Of a stretch of 64,000 bases of DNA, positions 47,224-55,509 are shown piece after piece; within the stretch, counting starts at the first letter, position 1, and each line of letters opens with the position of its first letter. The notes beneath the pieces are model-generated. The model saw only the letters and a list, made by a program, of their open reading frames with translations, ran no database searches and had not been told where the DNA came from. This stretch comes from Escherichia phage vB_EcoM_Goslar. The stretch lies in the sequence record NC_048170.1. One strand, given 5' to 3'. The position numbers were made by a program, and so were the translations under genes.

Positions 47224-50200
47224 TTATTTGGCGTCGTTAAAATAAATATCAACAGCTCGTTCCGTTGCGTAGAGGAGACCAAGATTCACAGTCCCAACCA
47301 CTTCCGGTGAACCGATGATACGGTTAGCGATACTGGTGCCACTGAAGATAGCATCAAGGGTGTGCCCGTCTTCGGTTTTGTTCACACCATGACCCACGGA
47401 AGAGACAACGGATTTCGCTTGTGCTGCGAAGGTACCTTTATCACCCATCCCCGCACCAAGGTCGTAACGCATGAAAATACGGATGGCGATCTGGTTCTCG
47501 CCTAACGGATTACCGTCTATTCTTACGTTACTGTTGTTGATACGCCCCGTTGTTGCTTCGTTGAGTTTCAGTTCCTTAACGCGTTTAGCTCGTGCTTTAT
47601 CCGCATCGCCGACGAGCGCTGCCATGGTTTCACTCATATCCTCAATCTGAGCGCGGTACAATACATCGATCTGTACAACTTCACCATGAACGTCAGCACG
47701 TGGGTTATACTGACTCATACGCCGTAATGCTTCAACGGCTTCCTGACTCTCATCACTCAGATCGGTCGCAATCGGTTCTTCCAGTGTTGCAAGGATCGTT
47801 CGTGGTTCAACATGATCGCCGATTTTCACGAGACCACGAATGTTGAGATGGGCGTCAACGATGAGTGTACGACTCTTAATCGATGGTGTTACGAGACGAT
47901 CGGCAAGATTGTCGAAGATATACGAACTGTCCTCGTGCGTCTCTGGAATATCCAGAATACCGACAAGAGACAGAACACCTGCGCGCCAAACAACCTGACC
48001 TGGGTTCCACCAATCGCGTTTAAAATAAAGACGATGGAAAACCACCACATCCTGATCCTTAACGCGATCCCCGACTTTATAATCGGTAATGAGATCGTGA
48101 GGATAATACTTACCTGGTCCTTTCCCGATTATCGTGCCGAGTTGGAAAACCTCTTCTCCTAACTCTGGATCGTCGTATTGTATCGTAAGCGCAGTTTTGG
48201 TGACCTTCTTAACAACACCATCGCCTTGGGCAGCTGCTGCGAAGAGTTTACCAACACGATGCGCGATGACTGTCTCGCCACCCGTACGCCATGGTTGTAC
48301 ATCGTAACCTTCAGCAGCAATCATGCGGTTGTGTTGGATTCCGACAAAAACCAGACGTTTTCCATCGTCACGGTCTACAGCCGGAACAGCTAACGCCGAC
48401 GTACTCATTACCGATGAGATACCATCTGTCTTTTCATCGAATGGTCGTGTTTCACCATACACCGACACGATATTAGCATTAGGTGCAAGGTAAGCAGAGA
48501 TACCCACATCCCCACTATCTTTCGTACCCTCTGACACAATACCAACATCAGACTTGTCGTATTCACGATCGCGTGCGCGTCGAAGCGATGTCTTTGAACG
48601 ACCTCCGATACCGGTCATCGTTGCTTCTTCACCTTGCTTGATATCCAGCATTGGGTTGGTTTCATCAATGACGATAGAAGCACTGTCGTCAAGGATTTGG
48701 TTCCAAACGCTCACCGGACTGATTGAGATCTTCTGTCGGTTGCCTTGGCTGCTGTTCTCATTCTGACGAATAGCGCCAACCAGGTCCTTATACACCAATT
48801 CAGCGAACTTATCGTACGTTTTAAAACGTTGGTAGTTCACATCGTTCGTGTTAGGTGCCCAATCATCCAGAAGCAGTTCAACAGCACGCAGTAGCAACAT
48901 GGCGAAATCAGTAGGTTCTCCCATGTTCTGTAATAGCGTACGGCTTACCGGATCAACGAAAAGACGCTCCATGAGTTCAAGTTCGCGTAAATGGCGAACC
49001 TTAAGTCCAGCACCATCGACAACGTTAAAATAGATATCACGATTGTCAAAAGCGCCGCGAGCGTAACCGATGTAGTTACGGTACTCGTTAAACCCACCCA
49101 GCAACAACGTCGTCATGCGATCGTCTTTACTGAAAATCAAACTTTCATCGTCAAAGCTCACCGCGAATTCATCTGCTGCTAACCCCATACGAGAACCACG
49201 AGGTACCGTACGATAGTTTGCTTTAAGATGTTCTAATAACGGGGTAAGTCCGCCCAGATAACTTAGAACAACGCCAACCGGAATACGTACACCCATGAAT
49301 TCAAGATCGGCGGCTTCGATCGGCATCTTAGCCGCATTGATACCGAAGAAATCAGGGAACGTCCCTACAGGTGTTGGTGTTTGTCCTGACTGACAGATAT
49401 AGAGCTGATTGCGTTCATCGATCGCTAGGAACTCACCCGATGTGTTACGTGCGAACGTCAGGAGTCCTTCGGCTAACTGTTCGTTGAACCGATCTTCCCC
49501 AATGAACTCCGGCAATGTTTTTATATCGAGACGTATATCCCAATCAGCAAATTGGATTTGGGTATAGTTGCGTGCAAGCACAGCGAAGTAATACGGGACT
49601 TTGACAGCCGGATCAAAGACGTTACCACGTTTTAACGTTGTTAAGGGTGAGGACTTATCGTAATACATCGCCGTAAGTTGACGTGTTAGCCAACGACCGG
49701 CGTTATTAACGACGCGCTCTGAACGTTTAACAAACACCTTACCGTAGGCGGTACTTAATGCAACTTCGGATGATGATACCTTTCTAATAGGTTTATCAAC
49801 ACGTTGTTTACGCATCCGGTACTTGATGCCGTTAACAACATAAATGCCATCCTTACGAACCTTCGGCAACATCACCGGGAACGTGGTTGGGACACCGCCT
49901 ACAGGGGCCAGTTTAATCGTGATGACTTGATAATCCCCCATCACGTCAACAACATCTTCGACTTTATATCCCGTAACAGGGTAACCTGCTTGCTGTACCG
50001 CAACAACGGCAGCTGCGATGTCCTTTTGCATTACATGCTCAACGTAATGTTTATCCCACACCGCAAGCGTCGATTTACATAGGCTCTTATCGACGATAAC
50101 ATCCGCTTCCGGCATAACCTTTGCGGGAGCTAATTTTGCGGCTTTTGGTTTAACTTCAACATACTCGGCAAGCGTGAGTCCAGAACCGTCGGGCGCTTCG

Positions 50201-51570
50201 ATTTCATGAATAGCGTCGGCATTACGCATCGCTGCTTTATATTGGACGCCGCTTAACTGACCCGCATCCGCCAGATCGCTCGCGCGCACCAACACCGCAT
50301 CCGATAACGACTGAATATATTCACCGTGCGTTTTTGGTAACGTTGCCGCGTCAAAGACATCAACCTTTTCTTCTTCGGTATCGTCGGTAACGACTTCGAA
50401 GAGATCGTCGGTAATGTCCTGATCTTCATCGGGTTGGAAATCTGGTTGTACTTCTACCCCGGGTACTTCACGGACATCTTCGAACGCGCGTTCTACAATG
50501 GCGTTCCACGCATCAGCGTCATCGTCTTCATCCGACCCACCGACCAACTCCGCTTCTAACTCGTCGGGGTCAAGAACAGTGGCCAGATCCTCCCCGTTAG
50601 GAAGCATGACGTCACGATCATCGTACTCCGCATCCGGGCTGTCCGCAAGAATATCTCGCTCTTGACGAAGAACCTGTTCCTCTTCTTGTTTCTGTTCTTC
50701 TTCATTCGCACTCTGCGACCACAGACGTGTTACCGCCATCATCCAACGACGCTGGAAGGTTTCAAGTGTCGTTTTATCGAGTTCTTCCCCTTCCTTTACA
50801 AGTCCGGTACGCCATTCTTCCAGTAGACCAAGATTCAGCGTAAAGAAGTACACACCGTCTGTAAATACAACGTTAAGCTTATCCAGCGTGGCTCTGTCTA
50901 ACGAAGCCATCGTGCTGTTCTCACGATCGACGCCCAGCCAGCGGAAGAAGTCAAAGAACGACAGCTCCTCCGGCGTGGCGAAATTCATGAGGTTGTTACG
51001 GGTCGGTGCCTGTTGCGTGGTACGCATCAACGAAATCTTCGGCAATGTTGACGGTATACGGAACAACAAAAAGTGTTGACGATCGCTTTGCTGTGCGATT
51101 TCGTTGGCTTTCGACCAAATTGTTTTACGCACGTTGAACCATTCATCATACCAACGGGTGAGCGTTGGACGATAGATGTACATGTGGTTAAGATGTGCGT
51201 AGTTAGCAACGATCTGAGCGTTGATGTTTTTCTCCACCGTACTTAGATCGGTAACCAAACGAAAACGACGATGCGATGCACGATAATCCAATTTCGCTCG
51301 TGGAAGTTGGAATCGTTGATCGCGTCGAGGTGCACCCTGTTTGGTTGCGAGATCATCAGCAAACGAAATCCATAGTTGAGCACTTTCTTTACTCAGCATG
51401 TATTCGTTTTCTGGAGGACCTATCAATGAAGGATCCGTTGCGGTGTAATGATAGACAGCATAACGCGGCAGCTGCAATAGCTGCACTAAACGTAATCTCG
51501 GTGACAATAGCTCTTGGTAGCGTCTGACACCAAACTGTCGGTAGTAATCAAGGTATTTAAGTTTTGCCAT
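47224..51570 (-). CDS. virion-type RNA polymerase beta-like subunit (N-terminal extension plus beta core; phiKZ gp180-like by position)
   Basis: 1448-aa ORF. Beta motifs: DGIYVVNGIKYRMRKQ (cf. DNGTFVINGTERVIVSQ), TGIGGRSKTSLRRARD...SEGTKDSGDVGISAYLA (cf. GPGGLTRERAGFEVRD...PEGPNIGLINSLSVYA), GAGMGDKGTF...EDGHTLDAIFSGTSIANR (cf. AGRHGNKGVIS...[20 protein letters not shown]). The first 480 aa or so are non-homologous and include an acidic stretch. Confidence 0.75.
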   Translation of the reverse strand: MAKLKYLDYYRQFGVRRYQELLSPRLRLVQLLQLPRYAVYHYTATDPSLIGPPENEYMLSKESAQLWISFADDLATKQGAPRRDQRFQLPRAKLDYRASHRRFRLVTDLSTVEKNINAQIVANYAHLNHMYIYRPTLTRWYDEWFNVRKTIWSKANEIAQQSDRQHFLLFRIPSTLPKISLMRTTQQAPTRNNLMNFATPEELSFFDFFRWLGVDRENSTMASLDRATLDKLNVVFTDGVYFFTLNLGLLEEWRTGLVKEGEELDKTTLETFQRRWMMAVTRLWSQSANEEEQKQEEEQVLRQERDILADSPDAEYDDRDVMLPNGEDLATVLDPDELEAELVGGSDEDDDADAWNAIVERAFEDVREVPGVEVQPDFQPDEDQDITDDLFEVVTDDTEEEKVDVFDAATLPKTHGEYIQSLSDAVLVRASDLADAGQLSGVQYKAAMRNADAIHEIEAPDGSGLTLAEYVEVKPKAAKLAPAKVMPEADVIVDKSLCKSTLAVWDKHYVEHVMQKDIAAAVVAVQQAGYPVTGYKVEDVVDVMGDYQVITIKLAPVGGVPTTFPVMLPKVRKDGIYVVNGIKYRMRKQRVDKPIRKVSSSEVALSTAYGKVFVKRSERVVNNAGRWLTRQLTAMYYDKSSPLTTLKRGNVFDPAVKVPYYFAVLARNYTQIQFADWDIRLDIKTLPEFIGEDRFNEQLAEGLLTFARNTSGEFLAIDERNQLYICQSGQTPTPVGTFPDFFGINAAKMPIEAADLEFMGVRIPVGVVLSYLGGLTPLLEHLKANYRTVPRGSRMGLAADEFAVSFDDESLIFSKDDRMTTLLLGGFNEYRNYIGYARGAFDNRDIYFNVVDGAGLKVRHLRELELMERLFVDPVSRTLLQNMGEPTDFAMLLLRAVELLLDDWAPNTNDVNYQRFKTYDKFAELVYKDLVGAIRQNENSSQGNRQKISISPVSVWNQILDDSASIVIDETNPMLDIKQGEEATMTGIGGRSKTSLRRARDREYDKSDVGIVSEGTKDSGDVGISAYLAPNANIVSVYGETRPFDEKTDGISSVMSTSALAVPAVDRDDGKRLVFVGIQHNRMIAAEGYDVQPWRTGGETVIAHRVGKLFAAAAQGDGVVKKVTKTALTIQYDDPELGEEVFQLGTIIGKGPGKYYPHDLITDYKVGDRVKDQDVVVFHRLYFKRDWWNPGQVVWRAGVLSLVGILDIPETHEDSSYIFDNLADRLVTPSIKSRTLIVDAHLNIRGLVKIGDHVEPRTILATLEEPIATDLSDESQEAVEALRRMSQYNPRADVHGEVVQIDVLYRAQIEDMSETMAALVGDADKARAKRVKELKLNEATTGRINNSNVRIDGNPLGENQIAIRIFMRYDLGAGMGDKGTFAAQAKSVVSSVGHGVNKTEDGHTLDAIFSGTSIANRIIGSPEVVGTVNLGLLYATERAVDIYFNDAK

Positions 51571-51573
51571 GGG

Positions 51574-51754
51574 TTAGGCTCCACGAGGTCCCGTTAAGTT
51601 GCGTAATAGGAACGCAACCGTATCGTAACCAATATCAATGTTGAATTTATTTTTACCACTTACCCAGAAAGCTCGCTTCTTGTGCGAGTTGGTAATTTCG
51701 TCAATAGCTTCCATGGAATAAAGAACGTTAACCGAGACCGTATCACCGTCGAAC
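51574..51754 (-). CDS. virion-type RNAP beta' N-terminal subunit, proposed exon 2
   Basis: In-frame segment (G)FDGDTVSVNVLYSMEAIDEITNSHKK...GPRGA* aligns with E. coli [20 protein letters not shown]; a stop lies 3 codons upstream, so the exon must begin here; it ends 3 nt before the beta gene ATG. Confidence 0.5.
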
Positions 51755-53807
51755 CTTGTCTTCGCCTCAGGTCGCTACGCTGAGACCGCCTGCATGGATA
51801 CGTACATCACAGGCTGCTTGCACTTTCATGCAAGAGGAGACTATATCAAACCGTCAGCTTCACTTTCTCGATCATATCGAGAATGCGGCGCTGAAGTATT
51901 CTTCAGCAGCACCTGTTACGGTAACCTACACTTCGAAGACGCTTGTCCTCTACAGGGTGGTAAATCCCTTAGTCGTTGAACCTGCGTTGTTTCACATTCT
52001 TACAACCAAGAATGCCGTATTGCTACGCAATAACCAGGCTGCTGATTGCCCATTGTCTCGCACCTTAGCACCGCTTACGCGGCTTTTCTTTCAGCCTAAG
52101 CCTCTTACGGAGGTAGTGCATCTCAACTGTTGTTTCTGCCTTTCGGCACCTCATGGGTCGTTGAGCTTTAGGGGTTCCCAGCAATTCGTAGGTTTTTCAA
52201 GCACTCCCTTTCAGGAATACCGGACCTTATAGAAAAGCTATTTATTCAAGTATCTGAAATCCCACTTATCCTTACGTCTATTATCGCACTTGATGTCAGG
52301 ATGTCTAACACGGTGTTGAATCGTAGTCGCTGGTAATTGACTCACATTCACAGCCGATTTCGCGCCAAGAACAATTGTTTTTGTGTTGTCCGGACGAGTA
52401 ACTTCTACCGCTCGATGATGTTTACGTAACACATCACGCCAATACTCACGCCGTTCCGGTTCCGCGTATTCGAGCATATAACCGTTGGTATCGACCAGAC
52501 CGTAACTCTCGTTTAAACGAGAGGTGGCGGCTGGTCTACTAATACCAATCGCTTTAGCCGCGTCAACCACGGTTTTATACGGGGTCTCATTACCGTCTCT
52601 ATCTACAACCACAATAAAATCTGGACGCGAATCGAGCAGCTGCTGTCTTCGTTCAAGGGCTTGTTGATGAAGCACCTTATTAACATGTTCGAACCCGTAA
52701 CCTTCTGGACCGTGCCACCCTGGATTGTTATTCGCTCGATAAAGTATCGTCGCAGATTTCACTCCCGTCTGACGTGACGCCTCGTTCGCACTATGGACAA
52801 CCGTGGTAGTGCCATCAGGGTGATATATCCGTATCTGGTTCATTATACCAGAACCAACGAAATTACCATCAGCTGATTTAATGTCCGGCCAGGGTTGTGG
52901 ATCATCTTTGAATTTAACCACCCAACGGTTGTTAAACAATTTGACTTTCCGAGCATGTTTACCTAATGTCGTGTCTGTAACACCGGCTACAGCAGAGGCT
53001 TGCGCGATACTAGGATATTCCGTGACCACATCTTCTTCAGTATCCCAAAGGAGAACCGGTTTGTTATCATCACGTAGTCCGGTCTCAACCGCATGTAGAA
53101 TATTTCTAAGGCGGGTTGCCCATTCTAGATTGTCTAACGCGTAATTCCACTTATCGCCATCAAGATGGTTAACGTCCATCCTATCGACATCAGCCGGATA
53201 ATCTTTCCACGCTAAGAGCAGACAGCGATGAAGCGATCTTCTCTGGGATTTAAATCGGCAATCATGCTGCATACTAACGAAAACATAGCTATCGTCAACA
53301 CACCAGTGAGGACACTGACGGCCAGTAATACGGTTGATGATTCTACCTTTCCGGTTGGCCAAATAACGAGTGTGTCCGGGAATGACACGATAACCTGGGT
53401 ACTTAGCGATTTCGTAAGCAGGCTCGAACCGATAGGATAAATTATCAACATCCCAGTTAGATTCGTCACCATCAACAAACATCGCTTTGACGTATTTCTG
53501 TGTTTCAATATCAACCAGGATGTTTTTGTGTGCGATACAAATCAATGCTGGGATATTGAATTCGCGACCGGCTATGATAACCGTGTCGCCATTTCTCGGT
53601 ACCTCGACGTGGGTATCGCGATACCGTAAGTTTCCATAGCCGTCTATTTCAATCCAGCTTAAAAACGGAATGGGTATAAACTCTTTTTCAGATACTCGCC
53701 ATTTAAACATTTCAATACCTATTAATTACCACTTTCATATTAATAGGTTTAAAAGTTAAATTTGCCAGAAAACTGGCATTTTGTTAGCCTTTCCTTGATC
53801 ACCGCCA
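51755..53807 (-). mobile_element. group I intron (about 2.05 kb) in the vRNAP beta' gene, HNH ORF in the P1 loop
   Basis: Minus-strand elements: exon end CCGGACU (plus 53808..53814) pairs with IGS GGUCCGG (52220..52226) with U-G at the splice site; P AAUUGCUGGGAA (52175..52186); Q AAUCAGCAGCC (52037..52047); R GUUCAACGACUAAG (51968..51981); S UUGAUAUAGUCUCC (51836..51849). Intron ends in G at 51755. 5' splice site could instead be at 53798. Confidence 0.55.
52238..53710 (-). CDS. HNH homing endonuclease (intron-encoded)
   Basis: 490-aa ORF with HNH motif DRMDVNHLDGDKWNYALDNLEWATRLRNILH, similar to the HNH in the other RNAP intron; lies between the beta' exon 1 and the intron core. Confidence 0.8.
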   Translation of the reverse strand: MFKWRVSEKEFIPIPFLSWIEIDGYGNLRYRDTHVEVPRNGDTVIIAGREFNIPALICIAHKNILVDIETQKYVKAMFVDGDESNWDVDNLSYRFEPAYEIAKYPGYRVIPGHTRYLANRKGRIINRITGRQCPHWCVDDSYVFVSMQHDCRFKSQRRSLHRCLLLAWKDYPADVDRMDVNHLDGDKWNYALDNLEWATRLRNILHAVETGLRDDNKPVLLWDTEEDVVTEYPSIAQASAVAGVTDTTLGKHARKVKLFNNRWVVKFKDDPQPWPDIKSADGNFVGSGIMNQIRIYHPDGTTTVVHSANEASRQTGVKSATILYRANNNPGWHGPEGYGFEHVNKVLHQQALERRQQLLDSRPDFIVVVDRDGNETPYKTVVDAAKAIGISRPAATSRLNESYGLVDTNGYMLEYAEPERREYWRDVLRKHHRAVEVTRPDNTKTIVLGAKSAVNVSQLPATTIQHRVRHPDIKCDNRRKDKWDFRYLNK

Positions 53808-55264
53808 AGTCCGGCGAGGTATGGCGCAGGGACAATAGTAGTTTCTACGAACGAGGCATTAGGTAACCAGTCGGGGTATTCCCACGCAATAAATCGCTCA
53901 TCCGTTATTGGTTCCCAGTTACTATCAAGTTCAGTTTTCGGTTTTGCTGCAACGGTCGTACGCGCGTAACAGGTTAACGGAATGACGGATTGCATACCCG
54001 ATACCGGATAACGTGTTACCATTGCAGCCAGGTTATTCCAGTATTTATATCCTGCGATATACACTAATTCGGTATACGTGATAGGGTGAACATCTGCACC
54101 AGGTTTGTTAAGCATCTCCGGAGGTAATTCACTCATACCACGGAATAACCGAAACGAATCATTGTTCACATAGACAAGACAAAGATATCGTCCATTAACC
54201 ATGATAGGTTCGTTACGCACACCCGGATCGCTTAAGGTGTTCAGTAAGCGTTCTATTCCGTCCCAGGTTGTAAAGTCATCGATGGTGTCTGGATCAAGCG
54301 TGACGCGTTCACGTTCCATCGTTTCGGTATCAATAAGTTCAACTTCTGTAACATCACGGACAAATATTTCCTGCAAAATCCCCGTACGTAATGCATGTTG
54401 CGTTACAGGGAGAGCAGCTTTACTCATCTGGTATAACCCTAACTGAACCGCGGTACAGGAAGGCTGGTTAGGCGACCCTAGTACCTCCGTTGTGGGGTTA
54501 ATTGCTGAAATAACGTTACGGGTTGAGTTCCAAACGCGACGTGAACCAAACTTACCTTGGAAGATCCCTTTCTTACCTTGGAACATATCCAACAACAAAG
54601 CGTAGATATCGTTAAATGTTCTCTGTAAGCTCCAGCGCTGGCCGTCGTAAACGGGATCAGAATAATCTTTTAATCCATCGGGGACGGTGTTAGAAATTGC
54701 AAGGAAACGACGATACAACTCTGTAATCTCTTGCTCGCTTTCATACCCGCCTTCTTTTACTTCTATTTCACGTAAGCCTGCAGGCAATACCAGTAAGTGA
54801 CGGGTCATCGCTTTGAACATGTTCTCTTCGACAACTTTAATTCGTAGCTCTCGTTGAGCTGAGCCCGTTGAAACGAACTTGATATCCGCGACGTGTTGTG
54901 CAAAGAACCCGTATCCTGTTTGTCCTGTTAACGCATCAGACGCAACGAAGTCGCGTTGTTCAGGATCCCAACGAGCGTACGCCTTCCCCGACATGATATC
55001 ACCATAGAGGTGTTTTAGTCGAATGAGGCGGTCGTAAATGACAGGGTGCAGGATTTCAACTTTACATTCAATCACCGCAAATCGACGGTCTCGATCTTCA
55101 CTACCCGCACTACCAAAGATGGTGTAAGAATAGAAACCATCATCGTGGAAATTACCGGTGCTTGGGTCACGAATGCTCATGCTCGTGATCTTGGGGAGAA
55201 AACGTAACTGCTGTTTATCGAGGTGTAAAATGCTAATGTTAAACGGCTCTCTGACTTTAGCCAT
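53808..55264 (-). CDS. virion-type RNAP beta' N-terminal subunit, exon 1 (phiKZ gp178-like by position); start trimmed
   Basis: Beta' motifs RFAVIECKVEILHPVIY (cf. RMGHIELAAPVAHIWF) and FQGKKGIFQGKFGSRRVWNSTRNVISAINP (cf. [27 protein letters not shown]). ORF track gives 53756..55306; ATG at 55264 has an AGAGGAG RBS; 3' end set at the P1-predicted splice site. Confidence 0.65.
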
Positions 55265-55509
55265 GGAGACACTCCTCTTTACCACCACCGGCTGCGGCGG
55301 TATCATCTGAACACACGAGAGACGTAATGGGTGATGGCGTCACCCATCGCTTCCTTGCTTGAGGCGAGGAAGTTATTAGGTTACGTACCTGCGTGATAAA
55401 ATCAAGCAGGCGATGTGTGAAGTTACGCTTCAACATTATCAATGCCGAAGGTAAACTTCGTGCATCACGTTCCAACGTAACATGGGAACGTATCGAACTG
55501 GAGGTATAC

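Noticed and set aside
51756-52232. 158-aa plus-strand ORF in the gap between the HNH gene and the RNAP beta gene
   Set aside because: It lies antisense to the group I intron core (P, Q, R, S elements are readable on the minus strand), so the open frame is best explained by structured RNA, not a protein.
53756-53807. Genomic tail GLGGDQGKANKMPVFWQI of the vRNAP beta' ORF read as a degenerate catalytic motif, i.e. an inactive polymerase
   Set aside because: A downstream exon encoding FDGDTVSV... and a full intron core make intronic read-through the simpler explanation; the resemblance of the tail to the post-motif sequence is probably coincidental or a footprint.
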